Part shown: positions 36,096 through 45,653 of the stretch, piece by piece
How the letters are laid out: the number at the start of each line of letters is the position of its first letter
Position numbering within the stretch: the stretch's first letter is position 1
Assembly (NCBI GenBank): GCA_031961545.1
Contig: JAVRLK010000001.1
Location: 75,140 to 139,139, forward strand
DNA: 64,000 nt
Direction of reading: 5' to 3'
Origin: Thermoplasmatota archaeon
GTDB taxonomy: Archaea > Thermoplasmatota > Thermoplasmata > Thermoplasmatales > ARK-15
The notes under the pieces: model-generated
What the model saw: the letters and a program-made list of their open reading frames with translations, nothing else
What the model was told of the DNA's origin: nothing
Database searches by the model: none
Translations under genes and position numbers: made by a program

Positions 36096-38054
36096 ATGAA
36101 GGAAATGCTATGGAAACCCGATGATGAAAGAATTAGTAATTCAAACATTAAAAAGTTCATGGATTATGTTAATGAAAGGTATTCAAAAGATTTCAGAAAT
36201 TACTTTGATCTTTATAAATGGTCCATAGAAAAACCTGAAGATTTCTGGGAATCTATCTGGTATTTCACAGGTATTAAATATTCAAGGAACTTTGATGAAA
36301 TACTTTCAAAGCCCGTAAAATTTCCAGGTGCTGAATGGTTCAAAGGTGCAGAATTAAACTTTGCTGAAAACCTTTTAAGGTATGAAGATGGTATTGCAAT
36401 AAAAAGCTATAACGAGAATGGTAAGATTAAGGAGATCACCTATGAAAATCTGAGGAGGGATGTTTCAAGGATACAAAATTTTCTGAAGAAAATTGGGGTA
36501 AAGGAAAATGATAGAATTGTTGGCTATATGCCAAACATATCTGAAACTGTAATTTACATGCTGGCAACAACATCACTTGGTGCAATATGGTCTTCTGCGG
36601 GAACTGAACTTGGACCCGGTGTAATTGAAAACAGGTTTTCTCAGATCGAACCAAAAATAATGTTTACAGTTGATGGATACTATTACAAAGGTAAAAAATA
36701 CTCTCTATTGGAAAACATAAAATCTCTCTCCAAAAATTTGAATTCTCTTAAAAAAATTGTAATTTTTTCATATACTGGTGAGGAAAAAATAAAAGATGAT
36801 AAATTTGTTTATGATGATGAAATTGAATATGTCAATAATGAATTGGAATTTGTTCAGGTACCATTCTCACATGCACTTTACATAATGTTTTCTTCCGGAA
36901 CAACAGGTAAACCAAAGTCCATGGTTCAGAGCGTTGGTGGTGTTTTAATCAACCATCTTAAGGAATTGATAATACATTCAGACCTGAAGAGAGATGATGT
37001 AATAACATATATAACATCACCCAGCTGGATGATGTGGAACTGGCTTGTAAGTTCACTTGCCGTTGGATCACAGATCATCCTCTATGATGGAAATCCAAAC
37101 CATCCTGACTGGAAAAGGATGTGGGAAATAATAGAAAATGAAAAAATAACCATATTTGGTTGCAGCGCATCCTATATAAATTATTTAAGGGGTGTGAATG
37201 CAAAGCCTGGAGAAATTTTTGATCTATCATCATTGAAGGAAATATCACAGACAGGATCACCCCTTTCGCCGGATGGATTCAAATGGATCTATGAAAACGT
37301 AAAGAAAGATTTACATTTTAATTCAATATCCGGAGGGACAGATATAAATGGATGTTTTGCAATAGGTTCACCAATTCTACCTGTTTATCCCGGTGAATTA
37401 CAATCACCAGGTTTGGGCATGAAAATAAAGGCATACGATGATAATGGTAATGAAATATACGATAGGGTGGGTGAACTCGTTTGTGAATTCCCCACACCGT
37501 CCATGCCAATATATTTCTGGAATGATGAAAATTATGAAAGATACATATCATCATATTTTTCCTACTACATGGAAAAGGGAAAAAATGTATGGAGGCATGG
37601 TGACTTTGTTATATTCCACAGCGATACTGGAGGTATAACAATCCTTGGAAGATCAGATACAACATTAAAACCTTCAGGTGTGAGGATTGGAACTGGTGAA
37701 ATATACAGTGTAATAGAATCAATTCCAGAAATTGAGGACAGTGTTGTTGTTGGACAGAACTATAAGGGTGATCAGAGGATTATACTTTTTGTTAAGTTAA
37801 AGGACAATATTATTTTAAACAAAGACCTTGAGGAGAGAATAAAAAGGGAATTGAGAACAAAGGCATCACCAAGGCATGTTCCGGATCTCATATTTCAGGT
37901 ACCTGACATACCGTACACATTCAATGCAAAGAAGGTGGAAATTGCAGTATGGAACATTGTTAATGGAAAAAATGTAACAAACACGGAAACAATAATAAAC
38001 CCTGGGAGTTTGAAATACTTTGAGGAAATAGCAAAAAAATTGAATTCACCTTGA
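36096..38054 (+). CDS. acetoacetyl-CoA synthetase (acetoacetate-CoA ligase)
   Basis: Typical N-terminus MLWKPDDERISNSNIKKFMDYVN, AMP-binding motif MFSSGTTGKPK, and a 652-aa length matching the AACS subfamily of acyl-CoA synthetases. Confidence 0.85.
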   Translation: MKEMLWKPDDERISNSNIKKFMDYVNERYSKDFRNYFDLYKWSIEKPEDFWESIWYFTGIKYSRNFDEILSKPVKFPGAEWFKGAELNFAENLLRYEDGIAIKSYNENGKIKEITYENLRRDVSRIQNFLKKIGVKENDRIVGYMPNISETVIYMLATTSLGAIWSSAGTELGPGVIENRFSQIEPKIMFTVDGYYYKGKKYSLLENIKSLSKNLNSLKKIVIFSYTGEEKIKDDKFVYDDEIEYVNNELEFVQVPFSHALYIMFSSGTTGKPKSMVQSVGGVLINHLKELIIHSDLKRDDVITYITSPSWMMWNWLVSSLAVGSQIILYDGNPNHPDWKRMWEIIENEKITIFGCSASYINYLRGVNAKPGEIFDLSSLKEISQTGSPLSPDGFKWIYENVKKDLHFNSISGGTDINGCFAIGSPILPVYPGELQSPGLGMKIKAYDDNGNEIYDRVGELVCEFPTPSMPIYFWNDENYERYISSYFSYYMEKGKNVWRHGDFVIFHSDTGGITILGRSDTTLKPSGVRIGTGEIYSVIESIPEIEDSVVVGQNYKGDQRIILFVKLKDNIILNKDLEERIKRELRTKASPRHVPDLIFQVPDIPYTFNAKKVEIAVWNIVNGKNVTNTETIINPGSLKYFEEIAKKLNSP

Positions 38055-38798
38055 GAGTATTGAAATAACCTGGTCAACAACATTGTAAAATTCAGGGTCC
38101 TTTCTGTTCCTTGGTCTTGGTAGGTTTACCTTGAAATCCTCAACAATCCTTCCAGGCCTAGGGCTCATTATCAATATTCTATCGCTCATTAAAACCGCCT
38201 CATCTATGTTATGTGTTACGAGTATAATTGAATCCGGTGGCAATGATGGATCGGCCCAGAGCATTAAAACCTCTTCCCTCAATGCATCAGCGGTAAGGGA
38301 ATCAAGGGAAGAAAATGGTTCATCCATGAGGAGGACTTCCGGATCCACCGCAAGTGCCCTTGCAAAACCAACCCTCTGTTTCATTCCACCAGACAGTTCC
38401 TTCGGATATGCGTTTTCAAAACCATCAAGACCAACAATTGAAAGATACTTTTTTGCAATTTTACCTGCCTCCTCCTTGGAATATCCAAGTGGCTGAAGAA
38501 CTATTTCCACATTTTCCTGAACAGTTAGCCAGGGAAAAAGAGAAGGATTCTGAAAGACCATTGAAAACCTCGGTTTTGATTCTTCAATTGGTTTATCCAT
38601 ATAAAGTATCTGTCCGAATGTTGCCTTTTCAAGACCAATAATAATCCTTAAAAGTGTCGATTTACCGCATCCGGAAGGGCCAACAATGGATAAAAATTCC
38701 CTTTTTTCAAGTTTAAATGAAATGTTTTCCAGAGCAACAACCTTTTTACCGTTAACACCGTATACCTTTGAAAGGTTCCTGACCTCAAGGAAAGCCAT
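38046..38798 (-). CDS. ABC transporter ATPase, NitT/TauT (nitrate/sulfonate/bicarbonate) family
   Basis: GPSGCGKST, MVFQNPSLFPWLTVQENV, LSGGMKQRVGFARAL and LLMDEPFSSLD. Confidence 0.85.
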   Translation of the reverse strand: MAFLEVRNLSKVYGVNGKKVVALENISFKLEKREFLSIVGPSGCGKSTLLRIIIGLEKATFGQILYMDKPIEESKPRFSMVFQNPSLFPWLTVQENVEIVLQPLGYSKEEAGKIAKKYLSIVGLDGFENAYPKELSGGMKQRVGFARALAVDPEVLLMDEPFSSLDSLTADALREEVLMLWADPSLPPDSIILVTHNIDEAVLMSDRILIMSPRPGRIVEDFKVNLPRPRNRKDPEFYNVVDQVISILSR

Positions 38799-38817
38799 TG
38801 TAATGGAAATTATTCAA

Positions 38818-40284
38818 TCATATATTGTTTTTTCCATCTTCCCTTGGTGCAAGTATTGGATATAGAATAACTTCCTTTATGCTTTTTGCACCCGTCAGTA
38901 TCATTGTTATTCTGTCTATGCCTATGCCAACACCACCTGCTATAGGCATACCTACCCTTAATGCCTCAACAAAATCGTAATCCATCTGCTGCGCTTCCTC
39001 ATCACCAAGCGTTCTCCTTTCCATTTCCTCTTTCAAAAATCTCTCCTGCAAAACAGGATCGTTAAGTTCGGTATAACCATTCGCTACCTCAATACCATTT
39101 ATGAATAGCTCAAACCTCTCAACAAGATCTTTATTGTTCCTGTGAAGTTTGCACAGAGGTGTACTTTCTTTTGGATAATCTATAACAAATGTTGGCTCTA
39201 TAAGCTTCTCCTCCCATATTTGTTCGAATATTTTTGTAATTGCAATTCCCCTGACATAAACAGGTATTTTTATTCCATAATCATCAAGCATTTTCCTTAT
39301 ATCTTCATCACTCAACTTTTCAACATCTATTCCCGCTTCACTAAGCATTTCCATCATTGGTTTTCTTTTCCACTTACCCGATATGTCAACTTCCCTACCA
39401 TTCAAATTCAATTTTAAACTATTGTTTACCTTTTGGGCAAGGTGTTTTATCAACTCTTCAGTTAAATCCATCATATCGTTGTAATCCTTATATGCTTCAT
39501 ATATCTCTATCATTGTGAATTCAGGGTTGTGTTTTGAATCTATATCCTCATTCCTGAAATCCTTTCCGATCTCAAAGACCTTTGAAAATCCACCAACCAG
39601 CAACCTTTTAAGGTAAAGTTCATCCGATATTCTAAGATAAAAATTTCTGTCTATTGCATTAACATGTGTTATGAATGGCTTTGCGTTTGCGCCACCATAA
39701 ACTGGCTGTAAAATTGGTGTTTCGAATTCCAAAAAACCCCTGTTTTCAAGGAACCTTCTTATTTCGGAAACAATTTTACTCCTCTTCCTGAATATTTCAA
39801 AAACATCCCTGTTAAGGATAAGGTCAAGGTATCTCTGCCTGTACCTTGTTTCAACATCCTCTATACCAAACCAAGTATGGGGTAAATCGTAAAGGGACTT
39901 TGAAAGAATTGTAAAATCTTTTACAAGTATGCTCAATTCACCCTTTTGGGTTCTGACAACAGTGCCGGATACTCCAACAATGTCCCCTTTATCAATGTAT
40001 TTTTTAAAAAAATCATACTTTTCATTCAAAACATCAAACTTGAGGAAAAGCTGTATCCTTTCCTGATCCTGGACAAGATCACCAAATCCAACCTTACCAT
40101 GAAAACGCAATGCCATTATTCTTCCCGCAACTTTTACATCCCTGTTCATGAAGGATTCAGGATCCTTCACTATTTCACCTATTTCATTTGTTATACTGTA
40201 GGAATTTGGATAGGGATTTATGCCCATTGAATTTAACTCTTCAAGCTTTGATAGCCTGTAAAGATAATCCTTTCTTTCAGGCAT
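38818..40284 (-). CDS. lysS: lysyl-tRNA synthetase, class II
   Basis: N-terminal OB anticodon-binding domain (VKVAGRIMALRFHGKVGFGDL), class II motif 2 FRNEDIDSKHNPEFTMIE, and motif 3 GVGIGIDRITMIL. Confidence 0.9.
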   Translation of the reverse strand: MPERKDYLYRLSKLEELNSMGINPYPNSYSITNEIGEIVKDPESFMNRDVKVAGRIMALRFHGKVGFGDLVQDQERIQLFLKFDVLNEKYDFFKKYIDKGDIVGVSGTVVRTQKGELSILVKDFTILSKSLYDLPHTWFGIEDVETRYRQRYLDLILNRDVFEIFRKRSKIVSEIRRFLENRGFLEFETPILQPVYGGANAKPFITHVNAIDRNFYLRISDELYLKRLLVGGFSKVFEIGKDFRNEDIDSKHNPEFTMIEIYEAYKDYNDMMDLTEELIKHLAQKVNNSLKLNLNGREVDISGKWKRKPMMEMLSEAGIDVEKLSDEDIRKMLDDYGIKIPVYVRGIAITKIFEQIWEEKLIEPTFVIDYPKESTPLCKLHRNNKDLVERFELFINGIEVANGYTELNDPVLQERFLKEEMERRTLGDEEAQQMDYDFVEALRVGMPIAGGVGIGIDRITMILTGAKSIKEVILYPILAPREDGKNNI

Positions 40285-40287
40285 TTT

Positions 40288-41115
40288 TCACACCGATATG
40301 GATTCCCTTACCTTTTCAAGCCTTTCCCTTATTCTCTTAACAGCATAAAGAAGCGTGTCCTTTGCCTTCAGCGATCCATCAGTTTCAAACTGAAAAACAA
40401 ACCTTGTTTCATCCTCAAAAATCTTCACATCATCGTGCTGGTAAAGACTTGCAATGTATTTGCATGGAATATCATCTGTAACAACTATTACATCATCCTT
40501 TTCCTCAACAATACTTTCAGGGCATTCTTTTTTGATATTTTCAAGAACATCTATGTATTTTGGAACATGGAATTCCCTGTGGTATTTGTATGCAACACCG
40601 CTTGTTACCTGGTACCTTGCATGTTCCTTTGCCGTACCCATTACTGCCTCAGCATCAACTATAAGCGCCTGGTTTTCCCTCAATTTTACTATGGGAATTT
40701 CCTTATCAACGGGTGCAAAGCTTGGATCACCAACCGGAATGAGATCACCGGAATAAACTGTGCATGGACCGAACTTTGTTATGTTGTATGTAACAGTGCA
40801 TAGCGGGCATGCCTGGTCTGGTGGGTGTGAACACTCACTCCTGAATTTCATGTTAAGATCCGTTGGCAATGGAACAAGACCAAGCCTGTGTGCTATTATT
40901 TCATTAAAAAGAGGGGCTGAACTGTTGTAAATATGTTCCTGTCCATTCTCATCTATCCTCTGTATTGAACCAAGATGGAATGTTACATTCTTTATTGCAA
41001 GCTTTGGGATATCGTTTATTAAAGTTCTCCTTAAAATGTTTGCAATCGAATAATTTATATCACTTACCTCGAACCTTATAAATCTGTCATTAATTTCAAG
41101 GATTCTGATATTCAT
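40288..41115 (-). CDS. rpoD: DNA-directed RNA polymerase subunit D (Rpo3)
   Basis: SIANILRRTLINDIPKLAI and a Cys-containing insert domain (CSHPPDQACPLCTV). It lies downstream of uS11, as in the archaeal alpha operon. Confidence 0.9.
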   Translation of the reverse strand: MNIRILEINDRFIRFEVSDINYSIANILRRTLINDIPKLAIKNVTFHLGSIQRIDENGQEHIYNSSAPLFNEIIAHRLGLVPLPTDLNMKFRSECSHPPDQACPLCTVTYNITKFGPCTVYSGDLIPVGDPSFAPVDKEIPIVKLRENQALIVDAEAVMGTAKEHARYQVTSGVAYKYHREFHVPKYIDVLENIKKECPESIVEEKDDVIVVTDDIPCKYIASLYQHDDVKIFEDETRFVFQFETDGSLKAKDTLLYAVKRIRERLEKVRESISV

Positions 41116-41145
41116 AATGGTGGGTTGATTAACCCGCCACCTCCT
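41116..41145 (-). promoter_or_regulatory. Shine-Dalgarno plus hairpin in the uS11-rpoD spacer
   Basis: The minus-strand spacer reads TAA-AGGAGGTGGCGGGTTAATCAACCCACCATT-ATG. A strong SD (AGGAGGTG) sits 22 nt from the ATG. GGTGGCGGGTT can pair with AACCCACCATT (5 bp, one C.A mismatch, 3 bp, 2 G.U). Confidence 0.4.
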
Positions 41146-41529
41146 TTATACTCTCCTTCCCCTCTTTCCACCCTTTCTCCTTGTTCCATCATGCGGAATG
41201 GGGGTAACATCCTCTATTCTTATTACCCTGAAACCTGCCCTTGTAAGTGCCCTTATTGCTGCCTGCGCACCCGGACCAGTTGAATGGCTCTTGCTACCAC
41301 CAGGTGCCCTTACCTTTATTATTATATCGTTAATGCCCTTCTCCTTCAATTTTTCAGCAACAATATCTGATGCCTTCATTGCAGCATAGGGTGAAGACTC
41401 ATCCCTATCAGCCTTTACAACCATACCACCTGATGCCTTGGCAAATGTTTCGGCACCAGTTATATCCGTTACCGTAATTATGGTATCATTATGTGAAGCA
41501 TAAATATGAACAACAGCTATTTTTGTCAT
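41146..41529 (-). CDS. rps11: 30S ribosomal protein uS11
   Basis: [16 protein letters not shown] ... [16 protein letters not shown]. Conserved operon position. Confidence 0.95.
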   Translation of the reverse strand: MTKIAVVHIYASHNDTIITVTDITGAETFAKASGGMVVKADRDESSPYAAMKASDIVAEKLKEKGINDIIIKVRAPGGSKSHSTGPGAQAAIRALTRAGFRVIRIEDVTPIPHDGTRRKGGKRGRRV

Positions 41530-42077
41530 TGTGCCTCACTCCCTTCCTCTTTTGGCTTTACACGCATTGGATGGAGTTCATTACTCAAAGGTGAATTTTC
41601 ATTGAATTTTATTAAGGGCTCTTCACTCTTCTTTACCATATAACCCGGTATTGAAACAACCCTTTCACCTATGCATATATGGCCGTGGGTTATGAACTGC
41701 CTTGCCTGCTTAACAGTATTTGCCATACCAAGTTTGTAAACAACGTATTCAAGCCTTCTTGCAAGTAATGATTCAAGGTTGAGTGCAAGAATGGCATCAA
41801 TGTTCGCTGTTTTTTCATCTAGCAGACCGTAGGAAATCAATTTATCAAGCAGCTGTTTTAACTCCCTGTTTGCCTGCGTATCGTTGTACCTTATCTTTGC
41901 CTGGAGTTTTCTTGCCTGTGCCCTGAAATTCCTCAAAATTGATTCTGTTTTCCATATTTCCCTTTTGTTTTTCAGACCATACTCCTTGAGAAGTTTATTT
42001 TCCTGCTCTATCCTTTCCTTCTCCCATGGACGCCTTGGCTTTTCATAGGTTTTCCTGTTGAACTTTGGATCTCCCAT
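41526..42077 (-). CDS. rps4: 30S ribosomal protein uS4
   Basis: [23 protein letters not shown] and an S4 RNA-binding domain ([34 protein letters not shown]). Confidence 0.95.
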   Translation of the reverse strand: MGDPKFNRKTYEKPRRPWEKERIEQENKLLKEYGLKNKREIWKTESILRNFRAQARKLQAKIRYNDTQANRELKQLLDKLISYGLLDEKTANIDAILALNLESLLARRLEYVVYKLGMANTVKQARQFITHGHICIGERVVSIPGYMVKKSEEPLIKFNENSPLSNELHPMRVKPKEEGSEAQ

Positions 42078-42541
42078 TAACTCTTCGCCTCCTCCTTCTT
42101 TCTTGCCACACCAACAGTCATACCGCTCCTGTTGTTTGACCTTGTTCTCTGACCCCTGACAGGAAGGCCCCTCTCATGCCTTATTCCTCTATAAGCCCTT
42201 ATTTTCTTGAGCAAATCTATATCATCCTTTACTGCAAGATCAAGATCCGCCCCAACCAAATGCAAATTTTTACCTGTTAAAAGATCCCTTTTTCTGTTCA
42301 CAGCCCACCAGGGTAAATGTTCTCCTGCATTATCAATAATTTTTTTCAATTTATCGATCTCATCATCAGTAAGTTCTCCAATCTTTTTATTTTTTGGTAT
42401 TCCTGCAGCTTTTAGAATAAGTTCCGATGCCCTGTAACCAATACCCTTTATCTGCATAAGTCCATAAACAGCAATCCTATTACCATCTAGATCTGTATTC
42501 GCGAGCCTTACTATGTATCTGAACTCCTTATTATCTTCCAT
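42077..42541 (-). CDS. rps13: 30S ribosomal protein uS13
   Basis: FRYIVRLANTDLDG ... IKGIGYRASE ... YRGIRHERGLPVRGQRTRSN. ATG 42541 (MEDNKEF) gives the family-typical N-terminus; upstream in-frame ATGs at 42568 and 42586 are possible. Its TAA shares one base with the uS4 ATG. Confidence 0.9.
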   Translation of the reverse strand: MEDNKEFRYIVRLANTDLDGNRIAVYGLMQIKGIGYRASELILKAAGIPKNKKIGELTDDEIDKLKKIIDNAGEHLPWWAVNRKRDLLTGKNLHLVGADLDLAVKDDIDLLKKIRAYRGIRHERGLPVRGQRTRSNNRSGMTVGVARKKEEAKS

Positions 42542-42605
42542 AGCAATCCCTTTGAATGTTTGTATCATTCCATAATTGTTACCCATATATGAATTTTATT
42601 TAGAT

Positions 42606-43907
42606 TCACATCATCGAAAGTAAGTCAATATATTTGTAAGCCTCCTTACCCTCATGGAAACAGTATTTGACCGTTTTGTATTGTGATTTGAAATCCTTCA
42701 CATCCTCCTTTACCCTGTTTGGATCCTCATTATCCATTGCAACCCTCTTTATGAAATATGCAATTTCATCCATTTCCGATTCTTTCATACCAATCCTTGT
42801 TACCTCCTGTGTTCCTATCCTTATTCCTGAAGGGTTCCTTGGCTTTGATGGATCGTCATAGGGTAAAAGGTTCATGTTCAGAATAATGTTTGCCTTTTCA
42901 AGGTTTTCAGCTACTTTCCTACCACCACCCTGTGCCTTCACATCAACAAGTATTGTATGGCTCTCAGTGAATCCAACCTTTTCACCAAGTACCTTGAAGC
43001 CAAGGGAATAAAGTGTCTCCGCAAGCCTTTTTGCATTCCTTATCACCTGATCAGCATACTGTTCACCAAACTCAATGTGTTCGGCAAGTGTTACACCAAG
43101 GGCGGCCATTGTGTTCAGATGATGGTTGCTTATAACACCTGGAAACACTGCCCTCTGTATCCTTTCCCACATCTCCTCATCCTTTGGATTTGCAAGTATT
43201 ATACCCCTCTGCGGTCCAGGTAATGTTTTGTGTGTGCTTCCAGAAACAACATGCGCACCTTCCCTCAATGGATCCTGGAATCTTTTACCGGCTATCAATC
43301 CAAGAACGTGCGCACCATCATACCAAACATAACAACCTGCTTCATTGAAAGCATCCTGCAGTTCCCTTAAGGGTGTTGGGAAAAGAAAAACAGACTGACC
43401 GAACAATGCAACCTTTGGTTTAACAATTTTTATCAATTTTGATGTAAGATCAACATCAATGTTCATTGTTTCAACATCAAATGGGTAGTTTATAACATTT
43501 AAACCCCTGAAGCCTACTGTACCAAATTTAGCGCTGCTTATATGTGCTCCACCTGCAAGAGGTAATGCTGTTATTATATCACCCGGCTGTGTTAGGGCAA
43601 AAACAACAGCCTGGTTTGCATTTGTTCCTGATATAGGTCTAACATCCGCATATTCCGTCCTGAAAAGTTTCTTTGCAAGTTCTGTTGTTAGTATTTCAAT
43701 CTGATCAACGTAATAGTTTCCCTGATAGTACCTCTTTCCGGGAAGACCTTCAGCGTATCTTGATCCAAGATCTGAAAGCAAAAGTTCCTTGGCAAGAGGT
43801 GAAATAACATTTTCACTGGCAATTAGTGGTATTGATTCCTCGAATAATTTGTTATGATTCATCGCAAGCTGCCTAATTTTTAGAGCATTTTCAAGATTCT
43901 CATCCAT
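42606..43907 (-). CDS. glyA: serine hydroxymethyltransferase
   Basis: ASENVISP, YAEGLPGKRYY and PLP-lysine motif SGSTHKTLPGPQRG. ATG 43907 is preferred over the GTG at 43916. Confidence 0.9.
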   Translation of the reverse strand: MDENLENALKIRQLAMNHNKLFEESIPLIASENVISPLAKELLLSDLGSRYAEGLPGKRYYQGNYYVDQIEILTTELAKKLFRTEYADVRPISGTNANQAVVFALTQPGDIITALPLAGGAHISSAKFGTVGFRGLNVINYPFDVETMNIDVDLTSKLIKIVKPKVALFGQSVFLFPTPLRELQDAFNEAGCYVWYDGAHVLGLIAGKRFQDPLREGAHVVSGSTHKTLPGPQRGIILANPKDEEMWERIQRAVFPGVISNHHLNTMAALGVTLAEHIEFGEQYADQVIRNAKRLAETLYSLGFKVLGEKVGFTESHTILVDVKAQGGGRKVAENLEKANIILNMNLLPYDDPSKPRNPSGIRIGTQEVTRIGMKESEMDEIAYFIKRVAMDNEDPNRVKEDVKDFKSQYKTVKYCFHEGKEAYKYIDLLSMM

Positions 43908-43925
43908 ATTTACCACGGAAAACTG

Positions 43926-43946
43926 TAATGATTATGTTAATCATTA
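43926..43946. repeat. perfect 9-bp inverted repeat in the glyA/proS divergent intergenic region
   Basis: TAATGATTA-tgt-TAATCATTA, read directly from the sequence. It lies 19 nt upstream of the glyA ATG and 57 nt upstream of the proS ATG. Confidence 0.5.
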
Positions 43947-44002
43947 AATTTTTTAAATTCATTGAAAAAAATTTTAAGTAATAAATCACTTTCTTCCAAT
44001 CC

Positions 44003-45406
44003 ATGGAATTCAGCAAAAAACAGTTTAACGAATGGTACAATGAGGTTATTGAGGAGGCAAAGCTTGTTGATAAAAGATACCCAGTTAAGGGCATGAACGT
44101 CTGGCTACCCTATGGCTGGGCAATTGCGAGAAAACTTGACGAAACATTGAGGAAACTTTTATATGAAACGAACCATGAAGAGGTTTATTTTCCTCTTCTA
44201 ATTCCAAAAGATCAGTTTTCAAAGGAGGAGGAACACATTAAAGGTTTCAGCGGTGAGGTTTTCTGGGTTGAGAGGGGAGGGGATTCAAAACTTGATGTTC
44301 CTCTTGTATTAAGGCCAACAAGCGAAACTGCCATGTATCCTCTATTTTCTCTATGGATAAGAACGCATGCTGATTTACCATTAAAAATTTTCCAGATTGT
44401 TAATGTTTTCAGGTATGAAACGAAACAGACAAGAACATTTCTGAGGGTGAGGGAGATACATTTCTTCGAGGCACATACCTGCCATGAGAGTTTCGAGGAT
44501 GCTGAAAGACAGATAAAAGAGGATATGGAAATATGGGAAAAGCTGTGCGAAAAACTTGCTTTACCGTATGTCTTAAATAAAAGACCTGACTGGGACAAGT
44601 TTGCCGGTGCATTTTATACAATTGCAGCAGATACATTTTTACCATCCGGAAGACCATTACAGATAGGTACAATGCACCAGTACAAACAGAATTTTTCAAA
44701 GGCATACAATATAACTTTCCTTAAGGAGGATGGATCAAGGGACTATGTGTATCAAACAACCTTTGGAATAAGTGAGAGAATTATAGGTGCGCTTATCGGG
44801 ATACATGGTGATGATAGGGGCCTTATTTTACCCCCTGAAATTGCACCCATACAGATAATTATAATTCCTATTGTTGGTGAGGAAAAGGAAAAGATAATTG
44901 ATGAAAGTAAAAAGGTTCTTAACGAACTTTCAAAGAGTTTCAGGGTAAAACTTGATGACAGGGATAATTATACTCCGGGCTACAAGTTCTATGACTGGGA
45001 GCTGAAGGGTGTTCCCCTAAGAGTTGAAATAGGTCCAAAGGATATAGCAAACAATGTTGTTACAGTAGCAAGAAGGGATACGGTGAAAAGAATTACACTG
45101 AGCAGGGAAAATTATGTTGAAAAGATTGGTGAAATACTCGAAGATATTCAAAAATCGCTAAGAAAAAGGGCATGGGAAACCATGTTTTCACAGGTAAAGG
45201 AGGAGAATAACCTTGATGATGTAAAAAATAGTGAACTTGTTTCAAAGGTATACTGGTGCGGTGAAGATTCCTGTGCACATAAGATTGAGGAATATACGGA
45301 AAAAAGGATACTTGGAACTCCTCTGGAGAAAAATGAAAAGGTAGGAAAATGCATTGTTTGCGGAAAAGAAACAACAAACTTTGCCTATGTTGGTAAACCT
45401 TACTGA
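44003..45406 (+). CDS. proS: prolyl-tRNA synthetase (archaeal/eukaryotic type)
   Basis: LRPTSETAMYPLF, FRYETKQTRTFLRVREIHFFEAH, and the C-terminal zinc-binding tail YWCGEDSCAHKIE...CIVCGKE. Confidence 0.9.
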   Translation: MEFSKKQFNEWYNEVIEEAKLVDKRYPVKGMNVWLPYGWAIARKLDETLRKLLYETNHEEVYFPLLIPKDQFSKEEEHIKGFSGEVFWVERGGDSKLDVPLVLRPTSETAMYPLFSLWIRTHADLPLKIFQIVNVFRYETKQTRTFLRVREIHFFEAHTCHESFEDAERQIKEDMEIWEKLCEKLALPYVLNKRPDWDKFAGAFYTIAADTFLPSGRPLQIGTMHQYKQNFSKAYNITFLKEDGSRDYVYQTTFGISERIIGALIGIHGDDRGLILPPEIAPIQIIIIPIVGEEKEKIIDESKKVLNELSKSFRVKLDDRDNYTPGYKFYDWELKGVPLRVEIGPKDIANNVVTVARRDTVKRITLSRENYVEKIGEILEDIQKSLRKRAWETMFSQVKEENNLDDVKNSELVSKVYWCGEDSCAHKIEEYTEKRILGTPLEKNEKVGKCIVCGKETTNFAYVGKPY

Positions 45407-45591
45407 CTCTGCTTTTCACTGACCTTTGCAAGTATTACACCAAGGATACCGAATAAAAGTATTGGCATGACGAATGAGTATAGGCCAACATCCAACCAGG
45501 CATTGTAGTATAAGGCCCAGCCAAAATAGAATAAAAGGGCTACAGTTATCAGAATGTAACCGAATATTTCTATGAGTGTATTCTTAAGCAT
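45400..45591 (-). CDS. small two-helix membrane protein (hypothetical)
   Basis: 63 aa with two clear hydrophobic helices (GYILITVALLFYFGWALYY and SFVMPILLFGILGVILA). It has an ATG start and fills an otherwise empty gap. No homology recognised. Confidence 0.35.
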   Translation of the reverse strand: MLKNTLIEIFGYILITVALLFYFGWALYYNAWLDVGLYSFVMPILLFGILGVILAKVSEKQSQ

Positions 45592-45653
45592 ATGCTTTTG
45601 GGAATTATTATCAATATAAAAGTTTTATCTATTTCCTTTAATTATCTTTCTTG

